From an uncultured delta proteobacterium (GTDB lineage Bacteria > Desulfobacterota > Binatia > UBA9968): a stretch of 64,000 nucleotides of DNA. The notes under the pieces are model-generated. The model searched no databases, was not told the DNA's origin, and saw only the letters and a program-made list of their open reading frames with translations. Shown piece by piece: positions 29,466 through 40,191 of this stretch. Every line of letters starts with the position of its first letter. Within the stretch, counting starts at the first letter, position 1. The translations under genes were made by a program, and so were the position numbers. The stretch covers positions 1-64,000 of the forward strand of contig CAVWLW010000052.1 of the NCBI GenBank assembly GCA_963755715.1, written 5' to 3'.

Positions 29466-30513
29466 GGGCGGCTAGAACGGCCAGCGCTTTCTTGGTCATC
29501 GATGAAATTGGATAGCGCTCGACTCGATGCGCGGTGACCCAGTGCCAGCGCGCTCCCGGCACACGAATTTCAGGCTTCGAAGCGCACTCGAAAAGATAGA
29601 TCGGCGCGCAAATGCGCCGGCGCGTGATGACGTGGCGAAATTCGCCGATGGGGAGCGGCTTGGCGAGCTTGATCGGCAATAAAAATAATTCACGTCGCAG
29701 CGCACCGGCGGGCTTGACTGCGCCGGTCAATGCGCCGCCTGGCAGTTCCCAGAGCCGCGCCAATAAATCATTCGCGGCGCGCCGCCGCAGCAGGATCTTG
29801 CCGCGATGGCGCACCACGGCCAGCGGCCAAGTAACATCGATAATATTTCGCATGGGCGCGCGCCGAGAGCGCGCCGGCGAGTTGCGCCGCGCGCGCGAGC
29901 TACATTGAAGCGCGAGCGGGCAAGCGCCGCACCGCGGCGTCACCGGCGCGCAAATTGTTGCGCCCAATTCCATCAACGCCTGATTGAAATTTCCCGGCTT
30001 GCGTTTGCTGACAAGCCGGTGCGCGAGCGCGCGCAGGGCGGTTTCGTTCTTGAGCGAAAAGAGCCGGTCGAGCACGCGCCGCGCGTTGCCGTCGATGGCG
30101 GGATAGGGCTGCTGAAACGCGATGCTCAGAATCGCCCCGGCGGTGTAATCGCCGATGCCGGCCAGAGCGCGCAGTTGAGCGTAATTTTGAGGTAGCTCGC
30201 CATGATGATCACGGACAATTTGGCGCGCCGCCGCTCTGAGATTCTCGGCGCGCCGGTAATAACCAAGGCCCGACCATAGATGCAGCACGCGCGCGAGCGG
30301 CGCCCGCGCCAATGCTTCGACGGTGGGAAAGGTATCGAGGAAACGCTCGTAGTAAGGCAGCACGGTTTTTACCTGGGTCTGCTGCAGCATGGTTTCCGAG
30401 ATCCAAATGGCGTAGGGATCGCTGGTTTGACGCCACGGCAGGTCACGCCGGTTTTTTTCATACCAGCTCAAAAGCTTGCGGCGAATGGAAGGGAAATTCT
30501 GCGCGGGCATCAA
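29446..30513 (-). CDS. mutY: A/G-specific adenine glycosylase
   Basis: RDLPWR, SETMLQQT, WSGLGYYRRA, HhH LAGIGDYTA, NQALMELGATIC with CX6CX2CX5C. Confidence 0.95.
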   Translation of the reverse strand: MMPAQNFPSIRRKLLSWYEKNRRDLPWRQTSDPYAIWISETMLQQTQVKTVLPYYERFLDTFPTVEALARAPLARVLHLWSGLGYYRRAENLRAAARQIVRDHHGELPQNYAQLRALAGIGDYTAGAILSIAFQQPYPAIDGNARRVLDRLFSLKNETALRALAHRLVSKRKPGNFNQALMELGATICAPVTPRCGACPLALQCSSRARRNSPARSRRAPMRNIIDVTWPLAVVRHRGKILLRRRAANDLLARLWELPGGALTGAVKPAGALRRELFLLPIKLAKPLPIGEFRHVITRRRICAPIYLFECASKPEIRVPGARWHWVTAHRVERYPISSMTKKALAVLAAHETRSA

Positions 30514-30585
30514 TGCAGTTCGGCAATTTTTCAGTTATAAGGCAATGTAATCGAAAACCATCATGAAGGAAACAATTCACGCGCT

Positions 30586-31452
30586 GTGTTGCCGATCGTC
30601 TTCGGACTACTAACTTCGCTCTGCTTCGCCATTGCGAGTCTGTTGGCCCAGCGCGGCTACTTCGCCGCGCCGGCGCCGTGGGGCGCGTGGGTTACGATCG
30701 CGGTCAATGCGTTGTTTCTCTTGGCGGCTCATTTTATTTTGTACTCCGATACGCGGCTATTCGCCGTCGATAACTTAATTTTTATCGCGGTCGGTCTGTT
30801 CGTGCCCGGCGTGACGCGGGTTTTGAGTTTTCGCGGTATCCGCGCCATGGGCAGCTCGGTCACGTCGACGATCGTCAACACGACGCCGATGTTTTCGACG
30901 GTGCTCGCCATTCTTATCCTCGAAGAACGGCCGGCGCCGTTGGTCGTGCTCGGCGTAGCGCTGACGGTCGGCGGACTGGTCACGGTTTCTTGGGGCGGCG
31001 AGAAAACTTCGTACAAAAAAAGCGAATTGATTTATCCGTTTCTGTGCGCGCTTTTGTTTTCGATGAAAGATGTCGCTGTGCGCTGGGGCCTGGGCGATGG
31101 CGGCGGCCAGCCGATCCTCGCTGCCGGTATCGCGGCGCTGACCTCGACCATCGAGATTTTTCTCATCACCCGTTACGTCCAAGGGGAAAAGTTTATTTTG
31201 CCGCCGGCGCCGGTGGCGCGCTGGTTTATGGGGTCGGGAATCTTCACCGGCGCGTCTTTTTTATTTATGTATTTGGCCTACAGCCTGGAGCGTGTCTCGA
31301 TCGTCGCGCCGTTGGTCAACAGTTATACGGTGTTTGTCTCGATATTGACGCCGTTCATGGCGCGCCGGATCGAGACCGTCACGGCGCGCAAATTAGCCGG
31401 CGCCGCGCTGGTCGTCGCCGGCATTTTTGCCGTGTCGTTGGGCAAGGACTAG
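30586..31452 (+). CDS. EamA/DMT family transporter
   Basis: About ten hydrophobic segments in two repeats; LAILILEERP. Confidence 0.85.
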   Translation: MLPIVFGLLTSLCFAIASLLAQRGYFAAPAPWGAWVTIAVNALFLLAAHFILYSDTRLFAVDNLIFIAVGLFVPGVTRVLSFRGIRAMGSSVTSTIVNTTPMFSTVLAILILEERPAPLVVLGVALTVGGLVTVSWGGEKTSYKKSELIYPFLCALLFSMKDVAVRWGLGDGGGQPILAAGIAALTSTIEIFLITRYVQGEKFILPPAPVARWFMGSGIFTGASFLFMYLAYSLERVSIVAPLVNSYTVFVSILTPFMARRIETVTARKLAGAALVVAGIFAVSLGKD

Positions 31453-31557
31453 TAGGCTGGTTGTGTTGGGTCGAAGATCGAGGATGGAAGATAGCGATTT
31501 TCGACTGAGTTTACATTGTATGCTGGGTACTCGCAGGTGCAAATTTTAAAGCGGAAG

Positions 31558-31622
31558 AAAGATCTCTCACTTCGTTCGAGATGACAGACAAGTTGTCATT
31601 TCGACCGCCGGGAGAAATCTTT
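31558..31622. repeat. REP-like inverted pair between convergent genes
   Basis: AAAGATCTCTCACTTCGTTCGAGATGACA ... TGTCATTTCGACCGCCGGGAGAAATCTTT. Confidence 0.7.
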
Positions 31623-31636
31623 CTTCGCCTCGCTGA

Positions 31637-32107
31637 TTATTCGTCTATCTGTTGGGCCAGATAGTTCTGATAGCCGACTTCGTCGATCTGATGCAGTTGG
31701 GTTTCGATCCAGTCGACGTGTTTTTCTTCGTCGACGACAATATCCTCGAGCAGCTCCCGCGAGGCGTCGTCGGATGCTTCGAGGCAGGTCTTGATCCCCG
31801 GGTGAAGCACGGTCAACGCGGCGAGCTCTAAACCGAGATCGTTTTCCAACTGTTGCTTGACGCCCGAGCCGACCGAGATTTTATCATAGGCAGTGACATT
31901 CGGTATTCCCTCAAGGAATAAAATGCGTTCGATAATACGATCCGCGTGCTTCATTTCCCCGATCGACTCGTCCCATAGGACCTTCTTGAGTTTGCGGTAG
32001 CCCCAGTTCTCGCACATCTTGGCGTGGATGAAATACTGATTTATCCCGGTGAGTTCTTTGCGGAGAACCTGATTGAGAACGCTGACGACCTGTTCATTTC
32101 CCTTCAT
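31637..32107 (-). CDS. bfr: Bacterioferritin
   Basis: MKG..ELTGINQYFIH..ESIGEMKHAD..ERILFLEG..EEKHVDW..NYL. Confidence 0.96.
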   Translation of the reverse strand: MKGNEQVVSVLNQVLRKELTGINQYFIHAKMCENWGYRKLKKVLWDESIGEMKHADRIIERILFLEGIPNVTAYDKISVGSGVKQQLENDLGLELAALTVLHPGIKTCLEASDDASRELLEDIVVDEEKHVDWIETQLHQIDEVGYQNYLAQQIDE

Positions 32108-32155
32108 GCCGTTGCTCCTTTCGACATTGAGAGATTAGACGGAATTTAACAAATT

Positions 32156-32558
32156 TCAGCGACCCGCACCACCCACGGTCACGGTTAACAGGGTCGCGTT
32201 GTTTTGTTTGCCAACGGCCACCAACATTGTTTTGCCGTCTTTGCTGTACGCCAAGAGAGTGCTGCCACTGCGCAGGCTCATATTCGGCTGCCAGCCGCGC
32301 GCGGGCATTTCCTTTTTATAGAACTCGACGATTTTCTCGGCGTCCATGTCGCCGTGAAACGACGCTTGGCCGGCGCCGACGCCGAAAAAGTTCATCTCAA
32401 CCGGTTTGTCCGAGCCCCGAGCTCATCGCTTTCGGGACCGGAATCGCCACACCAGAAATGGTCTCTTCATAGGAGCCGCCGCAGCTCGATGTAGAAACGA
32501 TCAGCAGCACGGCTACGGCAGCTACACGCGAAACTGAATGACAGGCAGGTTGTTGCAT
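32156..32558 (-). CDS. Hypothetical lipoprotein (frameshifted)
   Basis: Signal-like AAVAVLLIVSTSSC; C-terminal IVEFYKKEMPARGW in a second frame. Confidence 0.6.
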
Positions 32559-32609
32559 AAGCCTCCTGAAGCCCTGATGGCCGTTGCCCTGCGAGCGACG
32601 GCGCACGTT

Positions 32610-33785
32610 CTAGGTACTCGAGTCCGGCGGTATAGGCAATCCCAAAAAATACCAAAAAACCAGCAACGCGACGCCCACGAATTCGGGCATAGACGGCGCA
32701 ATGTGGATCAGCGCGCCGCCGAGCATGCCGCCTAGGGATGAGCCGATGAATCCGAAAAAATTATAGATGCCGCTCGCAGTGCCGCGCCCCGCGGTCGGTA
32801 TTCGTTGACTGAGAAACGCCGGCAGTATCGGTTGGTACAAACTGTAGCCAAAGAAAAATGCCGCGCCGCCAAGATACAGAAACAGATCGTATTGAGCGCC
32901 GAACAAATAAACAGCGTACCCGAGAGTGGCGGTCAGCCAGCCGATCAAAATCGGTTTGCGAAAACGTTTCTGTTTCTCGGCACGCCGCATGTAGGGAAAA
33001 ACCAACAATGCGCTGGGTAAAAAAATAATCAAATAAACTCTCCAGAGATCCGCCCGTCCGACGCCGATAGCGGTCCAGCTCAGCGGATAGGTGAAAAAAA
33101 ACAGATTGAGCGCGAAGGAAAGCACGAACGCGGCGATGTAGATCGGCCTGAGACCGCTGTGCATCAGCATCGGCGCGAGTGCCATCGGCGCTTCGGCTTG
33201 TTCGGCCCGCCGTTCCACCGGAAACGAAGTCGCCGTGAGAACCATGGAGAAAAAGGCGAGGGCCGCGAGGACGTAAAACAATCCGGCCAAACCGATCTGC
33301 GCCGCCAGAAAAGGCCCGGCGAGAAGACCGATCATGAACGAGGTGCCGATAGCGATACCGGTGATCGTGTACGCCTGGGTGCGGACGTTCGGCCGGGTCA
33401 AATCGGCCAATGCGGCGAAAGCCACCGAGCCGACGGCTCCGGTGCCTTGCAACGCGCGCGCGAGGATCAGGCCGTGAATATCTTTGGCGAGCGCGCAACC
33501 GACGCTACCGATGGCGAAAAGCGCGAGCCCGGCGATCAGCACGGGTTTGCGTCCCCAGCGGTCGCTCGCCCATCCGAGCGGTATTTGAAAGATGCACTGG
33601 GTGAGCGCGTAAATCCCGAAAGCCACGCCGGCGAGCGCGGCCGATGCGCCCGGGTACTGCACCGCATAAGCGCTGAAGATCGGCAACATGAGAAAGATGC
33701 CTAAGAGTCGCAGCGCGGAAATCAAACTCACGGTGATGATCGGCCCGATTTCTTCTCGAGTAAAAGAGTGAGACGATTCAGTCAA
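32610..33785 (-). CDS. MFS transporter (YajR-like)
   Basis: LRLLGIFLMLP, GIYALTQ..FQIPLG..SDRWGRKP. Confidence 0.9.
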   Translation of the reverse strand: MTESSHSFTREEIGPIITVSLISALRLLGIFLMLPIFSAYAVQYPGASAALAGVAFGIYALTQCIFQIPLGWASDRWGRKPVLIAGLALFAIGSVGCALAKDIHGLILARALQGTGAVGSVAFAALADLTRPNVRTQAYTITGIAIGTSFMIGLLAGPFLAAQIGLAGLFYVLAALAFFSMVLTATSFPVERRAEQAEAPMALAPMLMHSGLRPIYIAAFVLSFALNLFFFTYPLSWTAIGVGRADLWRVYLIIFLPSALLVFPYMRRAEKQKRFRKPILIGWLTATLGYAVYLFGAQYDLFLYLGGAAFFFGYSLYQPILPAFLSQRIPTAGRGTASGIYNFFGFIGSSLGGMLGGALIHIAPSMPEFVGVALLVFWYFLGLPIPPDSST

Positions 33786-33904
33786 GATAAGGTGTGTGCT
33801 CCGTTGCCGTTGAAAATCTTCGGTTCAATCTACACGCTTTGGGGCAAATGGAAAGGGCTTGGCGCGGACCTTTTTCCATCGCGCGTCGCAGCGTCAAGCC
33901 GTTT

Positions 33905-34795
33905 TTACGATGGCGTTGGCCGGGCGGCGGGTGCATTGGCGGGGCGGGTCGAAGCGGGCAGGTCGACGCCGGTCGCGTCGAACGCTTTTTTGAGGCGGCG
34001 GCGAAACTCGCGGCCCACCGAATGTTGCTTCGCCGGTAAGGTCTTGAAGCGCGCCTTAATGACGATGGCGCTGTCGGTAAAAGCGTCGACGCCGAAGATT
34101 TCGATGGGCTCCAACATCACCCGGCCGTATTCGGCATCTTGTTTCAGCTCGTCGGCGACCCGGCGCATGATGTCGATAACTCGGTCGGGATCTTCGCGGT
34201 AGGAGATGGCAATATCGATGACGTAACCCGACCAGTCCAGGGTGGCGTTGGCGAGCGTGTTGATCGCGCCGTTGGGAAAAACATAAACCACGCCGGTTTG
34301 ATCACGCAATGCGATGGTCCGAAAAGTGACCGCCTCCACCAGCCCGGCCGTGCCGTTGATAATCGCCGAATCACCGACGCGAATCTGATTTTCCAATATC
34401 AGAAAAAAGCCGCTCACCAAGTCGCGCACTAAATGCTGCGCGCCAAACCCGACGGCGAGGCCGACGACGCCGGCGCCGGCGAGGATCGGACCGATGTTGA
34501 TGCCGAGCTGGCTGAACGAGGTGAGCACGACGATAAACCATAAAAAGCCGCAACTGATGGTCCAAAGCACGCCGAACAAAGTCTTGACGCGCTTTGCTGC
34601 GGCGCCCGGAACTATTTCGGTTGTCTCGGTGGCGCGGATCACAAATGCTTCCAGCCGATAGAATGCCGCGCGCATCAATTTCATAATGACGTAGGCGACC
34701 GCGACGATCAGCGCGATCCTGATCGTGCTCTGCGCGGCGTTGAGCGCCATGGACAAGAGTCTATCAACGAATGATTCCCAGGCGTGAACGGGCAT
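33905..34795 (-). CDS. MscS-family mechanosensitive channel (YbiO-like)
   Basis: AGAGVVGLAVGFGAQHLVRD..SGFFLILENQIRVGD, FPNG. Confidence 0.92.
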   Translation of the reverse strand: MPVHAWESFVDRLLSMALNAAQSTIRIALIVAVAYVIMKLMRAAFYRLEAFVIRATETTEIVPGAAAKRVKTLFGVLWTISCGFLWFIVVLTSFSQLGINIGPILAGAGVVGLAVGFGAQHLVRDLVSGFFLILENQIRVGDSAIINGTAGLVEAVTFRTIALRDQTGVVYVFPNGAINTLANATLDWSGYVIDIAISYREDPDRVIDIMRRVADELKQDAEYGRVMLEPIEIFGVDAFTDSAIVIKARFKTLPAKQHSVGREFRRRLKKAFDATGVDLPASTRPANAPAARPTPS

Positions 34796-34973
34796 AGTCG
34801 ATTCCTCCTTGAAGCCCGCCGCGAAAATTTGCGCGGCCTTTGGTGTTCTTGTCGCAAATCTTGACCGAAGAAGCCAGCGCGGTGAAAGGTGCGGGGCATT
34901 TAGGGTTTGAGAAATTTCTTGACATGTCATCGGGCTAGGATAGATTTCGGCAACGAATAGAACGGGAGGATTT

Positions 34974-35981
34974 ATGCGTAAGTCGGCAGCGATCGCGTGT
35001 TCGTTAATTTGGCTTACAGGCTTTATAGCGCATCAAGCGTCGGCCGGTTCGGCGCCGGACAAGATCAAATTTCCTTACTCGCCGATGTCCTGGAACAGTT
35101 TGCCCTGGTGGGTGGCGAAGGACGCGGGACATTTTGACAAGAACAGCCTCGACGTCGATCTCTTCTATGAAGGAGCATCATCGGCAATCGTCCAGGCGAT
35201 GCTCGCCGGTGAAGCCAACTTTGCCGGTTTGGCCGGACCATCGGTGGTGACCAACGTGCTCGCCGGCGGCGACGTGATTCAAATTGCCGCGATAGTAAAG
35301 ACGTTCACCATTCCGATGTATTCTCAACCGTCGATCAAAGAAGTCGCCCAGCTTAAGGGACAAAAAGTTGCCGTGAGCCGCTTTGGCTCGATCTCGCACA
35401 TTGCGGCACAGAATATCTTTCAGAAAGCCGGTATCACCGGCGTCACTGTTGTCCAATCGGGAGGTACTCCGGAATCGGCCGCGATGTTGATGTCGGGCAA
35501 CGTGGTGGCGGCGATGGTGCCGCCGCCGCAAAGTTTGATGCTCAAAGAAAAGGGTTTTCGCGAGCTGGTCAGCGTTAAGCAATTTCGCGAGTGGAATATT
35601 CCGGTAGTCGAAAACGGCGTCGCCGCGCGCCGATCGTTCATCGACAAAAATCCCAACGTGGCAAAGCGCTTTATCCGCGCCGCATTCGAAGGGATTCAAA
35701 CGATCTACACGAACAAAGAACTGGCGATCAAATCTCTGGCGAAATACACCAAGGTCAACGACGAGAAAATTCTCGACGAGAGTTACCGGTTCTCAGTCGA
35801 AGCGCTCAGTAAAGAAGGCATGATGCCGCAGGAGGCATTTGCGGCGTTAGTGGAACAATTGGTGAGCCAGAAGTCGATCGATGAAGCCGCATCGAAGAAA
35901 TTGCCACTGACCGCGTATTTCGACAATCGGTTTGTGATCGAGCTCGAGAAAGAAGGCTTCTTCAAGAAATTGTGGCAGTAG
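34974..35981 (+). CDS. SsuA/NMT1-type ABC substrate-binding protein
   Basis: Signal peptide; LPWWVAKDAG, LKGQKVAVSRFGS, ELEKEGF. Confidence 0.88.
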   Translation: MRKSAAIACSLIWLTGFIAHQASAGSAPDKIKFPYSPMSWNSLPWWVAKDAGHFDKNSLDVDLFYEGASSAIVQAMLAGEANFAGLAGPSVVTNVLAGGDVIQIAAIVKTFTIPMYSQPSIKEVAQLKGQKVAVSRFGSISHIAAQNIFQKAGITGVTVVQSGGTPESAAMLMSGNVVAAMVPPPQSLMLKEKGFRELVSVKQFREWNIPVVENGVAARRSFIDKNPNVAKRFIRAAFEGIQTIYTNKELAIKSLAKYTKVNDEKILDESYRFSVEALSKEGMMPQEAFAALVEQLVSQKSIDEAASKKLPLTAYFDNRFVIELEKEGFFKKLWQ

Positions 35982-36150
35982 AAGGCAAGCGTTAGGTTTC
36001 ACTTTCGGGTTGCAGGTTCGGGGCTTAGAGTTTGTAATCTGCATTTGAGATGTGAGATGCGGAAGGCCAGGCCTTCGGCCTTGGCAACCCGCGATTTTAT
36101 CGCGTAGAATCCCCCGCTAACAATCTGACACGGTTTATATCGATTTTTGC

Positions 36151-36561
36151 GTGATCACTGAAGCCGACACCTGTAGAAAATACGTCCTGCCGAAACTGTA
36201 CGCTGCCGGTTGGAATGACGATCAAATCAGCGAACAAAAAAGTTTCACCGACGGCCGCATTCTTGTCGTTGGCACTAAAGCTCGGCGGCGCCCGGCCAAA
36301 CGCGCCGACTATCTTCTCCGCTACGCCAGGGACTTTATGTTGGCGGTGGTCGAAGCCAAGGCGGCATATAAGCTGCCGGGTGATGGTCTACAGCAAGCCA
36401 AAGATTACGCGGCAATGCTCGGACTTAAATTCGCCTATTCGACCAACGGCCATGGCATCGTCGAGTTCGACTTTACGACCGGCAAAGAGCATCTCGTCGA
36501 TGTTTTTCCAAAACCTGCAGAACTGTGGCAGCGCTCCGAGCAAGAAGTCCTAAAGCAATAA
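36151..36561 (+). pseudogene. hsdR: Type I restriction enzyme R subunit, N-terminal nuclease domain only
   Basis: TEADTC..PKL..AGW, FTDGRI, RADY, VVEAK, QQAKDYA, YSTNG; stop after 136 aa, with no helicase region, hsdM or hsdS. Confidence 0.8.
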
Positions 36562-36783
36562 ATCCGATCCGGCTCTGGTGTGGTTACCTGCTAGGAATTC
36601 CGCGAGATCGAGCATAACAATCTGATCAATCTTTAGATCTTATTGATGAGAGGGCACGCACAATAGCGCTTTTATCTTCGCCCAGCCATGTATCATTGGT
36701 GACCAACCGCGAGAAAGTTGGGGTCAGAGAACAATAATTACCATCTGGAAGACAACCCTTACTCCGAACGTCTTTGCGACCGT

Positions 36784-37857
36784 TTACAGCAAGCGGCCGC
36801 CGGGCATGTGGGGGAAGGCGCTCATTTCATGGGTGGGACCCATGGGTTGAACTTTGCACAAATAGTTGGGGGTCAGTTGATCGAGGCGGGTGACGCCGAG
36901 CAATCCCATGGTGGTCACGATTTCGTCTTTCAATATTTCGAGAACCCGTATTAAACCCGCTTGACCGGCGGCGGCGAGTCCCCAGCCTTGAAGTTTGCCG
37001 ATGGCGACGGCACGCGCTCCCAGCGCGATGGCCTTGAGCACGTCGCTGCCGCGGACGATGCCGCCATCGAGCACGATCTCGGCGCGGCCGCGCACCGCAT
37101 CGACGATTTCCGGCAGCATATCGATAGTGGCGCGCCCATGATCGAGCTGGCGTCCGCCATGGTTGGAGACGTAGATCGCGCCGACGCCATGTTCCACGGC
37201 CAAGGCGGCGTCCTCGGCTGTCGCCACACCCTTTAGAATAAAGGGCAGTCCGGCCATCTGCTTAATGGCGTCTAATGTTTCCCAAGTCAGGCCCGCGCGA
37301 TACTCATAGCCGGTGCCGCGGCGACTCGGAGGCAGCCAGCGGTCCATCATCTGCCGCTCCCGATGACCGTAGTGCGCCGTGTCGACGGTCAGGCATAGCG
37401 CCGAGTATCCGGCCCGCTTGACACGAGTCAAAAGATTCTCGACCCATTTTAAATCTCCCTGGACGTAGAGTTGAAATATTTTCGGATTGCGGCTGGCCGC
37501 GGCGATTTCTTCGAGACTGGGTTGGGTCACGGAGCTGACGAAGTTGACGGTACCGAACTCTTCCGCGGCTCTGGCGACCGCGACTCCGCCCTCGGGCGTG
37601 ATGGACTGTAACGAGCCGATGGGCGCCAGCATGACGGGAATTGAGAGTTTGTGTCCGAGAAAAGTTGTCGAAGCATCGATCTTGGATACGTCAATGAGCA
37701 CGCGCGGACGAAAAGCGAGACTGTCGAGGCCGAAGCGATTGCGGCACATGGTGGTTTCGGACTCGGCGCCGCCGGTCAGGTAATGCCAGACGTTTTGCGT
37801 CAGATTGCGCCGCGCCGCCATAATGATTTCTTGGTTGGTAACAAAGTCCAAGGCCAT
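36784..37857 (-). CDS. FMN-dependent alpha-hydroxy acid oxidase/dehydrogenase
   Basis: FRPRVL, LTVD, ILKG, VSNHGGRQLD, DGGIVRGSDVLKAIALGA. Confidence 0.93.
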   Translation of the reverse strand: MALDFVTNQEIIMAARRNLTQNVWHYLTGGAESETTMCRNRFGLDSLAFRPRVLIDVSKIDASTTFLGHKLSIPVMLAPIGSLQSITPEGGVAVARAAEEFGTVNFVSSVTQPSLEEIAAASRNPKIFQLYVQGDLKWVENLLTRVKRAGYSALCLTVDTAHYGHRERQMMDRWLPPSRRGTGYEYRAGLTWETLDAIKQMAGLPFILKGVATAEDAALAVEHGVGAIYVSNHGGRQLDHGRATIDMLPEIVDAVRGRAEIVLDGGIVRGSDVLKAIALGARAVAIGKLQGWGLAAAGQAGLIRVLEILKDEIVTTMGLLGVTRLDQLTPNYLCKVQPMGPTHEMSAFPHMPGGRLL

Positions 37858-37910
37858 AGTTTCATCCCTCAGAATAGGTCTTTGCGCCTTTGCGCGATAT
37901 ATTCGAGAGG

Positions 37911-38693
37911 CTAGGAGAAGAACGAATCACGGATTTTCTGAAGCCATGGATCATCGGCGATCAGGCGTGAGAAGTTTGCCTGAACCAGCGATTCGACGTG
38001 GTCCGGTGTTGATTGTCTCAGCTCGGCGAGCGCGTTGACGACATCTTTGATCGCCGTCGGCATGCCGACCTCGTCATTTTTCTTCAACCATTTGAGTGCG
38101 CCGGGGTTGTCGGTTTCGGTCAGCAGCAGATGATCCGGCACCGCTTTGGCGATTTCTTTGATGTAATCCGAGTAGAGCACTTCGACGCCGATCGTGAAGT
38201 AGCAGCCGAAATCGATCATCGCGCGCAACATGTCCATCGGCCCCGAGTACCAATGGATGATGGCGCGGCGCACGTCGTACTTTTCCAATAGATCGAGAAT
38301 TTCTTTTTCGCCGGCTTTGGTGTGCAGGTTGACGAACTTGTTCTGTTCGGCGGCGGCGGCGATGAAATATTCCAGGACTTTTCTTTGCGCCGGATAAGTC
38401 GAAGTATCTTTGACCCAGTGAAAGTCGAGACCGATCTCGCCGATGGCCGGGCTCGTTTCGATGTGACGGCCGATCTCAGGCAGTCGATTCGCATATTCGG
38501 CGGCGCGGCGGGGATGAATGCCGAAAGTCGGCAAAACCAGATTCGAGCGTTCGCCGATTTTTTGCAGCTCCAGATACGACGGCACGTCCATCGCCGTCGC
38601 GACGGTAAAGATGCGTTCGTTCTTCGATTTCTTTCAGGGCGTCGTCGAGCGATCGCCGTATTTATCCAAGTGGACGTGAGCATCGATAAGCAT
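37911..38693 (-). CDS. TatD family hydrolase (frameshifted near the N-terminus)
   Basis: MLIDAHVHLD, GIHP, AIGEIGLD, LHTK, IIHWYSG, LLTETDNP. Confidence 0.9.
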
Positions 38694-38795
38694 GTTTAGA
38701 ACCTCAGCCTCCGCCTCTCGTAATGGGAGAGGGGAAATATTCGGTCTTGCTCGTCGTTGACACTGACATCTTTCTTGCGGGCGGTTCAAGAACGC

Positions 38796-39986
38796 TCATA
38801 CGATGAATCCTCCGATCTGCGGCGGTGTATCAGCCTTTGCATGGTAATAACAGAGTCCGAGAAAACTGACGACCGCGGTGGTGAGGTACATGAGCTTAAA
38901 GCTTTGATCCGTGAGATCGAGCAGCACGCCGAGGGATAGCGAGCCGATACCGATGCCAAGATCGTAGAAGCACTGGTACTGGGCCATCGATTGGCCGCGG
39001 CGCTGCGGCGTGGTTTGATCGACAGTGAGTGTCATCAGCGCCGGCTGCGCCGCGCCGACGCCGAAACCGCCCGTCACGGCGGCGGCCCAGAGCCACGGGG
39101 TCGATGTCGCGAACGCGAGCAGCAAGAAGCTGCTCATGTGCAGGACCAATCCGGGAATGATAACCGCACGCCGGCTGATGCGATCCGATAGCGGTCCGGC
39201 AATCGGCCGGCTCAACAGTAGACAAAACGCATAAAGGCCGAACCAAAGACCAGGATTGCTAAGGCCTACGTGAATCGCGTGTATCGGCAAAAACGTCAGT
39301 GTGCCGCCTTGGCCGAAGGAAAGAAATGCGGCGGCAATCGCCGGCATCAAAGTTTCGCGTACCACGAGCGCTTCGGTCCAATGACCGATTTTGCCAGTGG
39401 AAAGCGCGTTCTTCGGTTCGGGCACGATTTGCGAAAGAAGTAGCGCGACAACGAGCAGCGCGCCGGCGCCCCAAAAAACTCCCGGGTAGCCATAGACACT
39501 ATAAATCGCAAAGCCAGCCACCGGCCCGAGCGAACCGGCGAGGCTGCTTGCCATGCCGGCGTAGCCGATCAGCTCGCCGCGCCGGTGGCGCGGCGCGATA
39601 TCCGCCGCCAGCGTAGAGATCGCCGTGCTGCAGCCGGACCAACCGATGCCGTGTAGAACCCGGCATGGGATCATGAGCAGGATGGACGGCGCCCAGAGAT
39701 AGCCGAAGTTGGCGGCGGTGAAGCAGGCGATGCCGTAGAACAAAAAAGGTTTGCGTCCCCAGCGATCGATGTACAGGCCCACGGGCACACGCATTACCGT
39801 GGATGTGATGGTAAATACGCCGATCACAGCGCCGACGACAGTTGAAGAAGCGCCGAAGCTCACGAGATAGAGAGGCAGCAGCGGGCGGGTCAAATGATGG
39901 GCGAAAAAGAAACTGAACCGATTGATCCAAGTCAGGAGAAAGTCTCTAACCCATTTATCGGATGGAGCCGATGCCTGCTCTGCCAC
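38796..39986 (-). CDS. MFS transporter
   Basis: GLYIDRWGRK, GPLSDRISRR. Confidence 0.9.
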   Translation of the reverse strand: MAEQASAPSDKWVRDFLLTWINRFSFFFAHHLTRPLLPLYLVSFGASSTVVGAVIGVFTITSTVMRVPVGLYIDRWGRKPFLFYGIACFTAANFGYLWAPSILLMIPCRVLHGIGWSGCSTAISTLAADIAPRHRRGELIGYAGMASSLAGSLGPVAGFAIYSVYGYPGVFWGAGALLVVALLLSQIVPEPKNALSTGKIGHWTEALVVRETLMPAIAAAFLSFGQGGTLTFLPIHAIHVGLSNPGLWFGLYAFCLLLSRPIAGPLSDRISRRAVIIPGLVLHMSSFLLLAFATSTPWLWAAAVTGGFGVGAAQPALMTLTVDQTTPQRRGQSMAQYQCFYDLGIGIGSLSLGVLLDLTDQSFKLMYLTTAVVSFLGLCYYHAKADTPPQIGGFIV

Positions 39987-40191
39987 TTGTTGTGCCGCGA
40001 ACTCGATGTGTTGGAGGGTTCATCTTTGCGGCAGGGAGGGTGCAAAGTCAAAGCCTCTAACGAAAGGGTGGCTCTTCCTGCGCGCCGCTTCATCGGGAAC
40101 GTAAATTCAAGTTGAAAAATTAACTCGTTCTTGACAGAGTTGGCCGGTCTTGCCAAGGCTCATCCATGTCTCGCGGTTAGAAAGGAACAGT

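Noticed and set aside
32134-32163. CCGTCTAAT upstream of bfr as a tenth regulon member
   Set aside because: The -10 matches and bfr would fit, but the -35 position reads GTCGC; left unassigned.
38700-38740. CCTCTC...GGGAGAGGGG hairpin as a REP element
   Set aside because: Single degenerate copy in the window; insufficient support.
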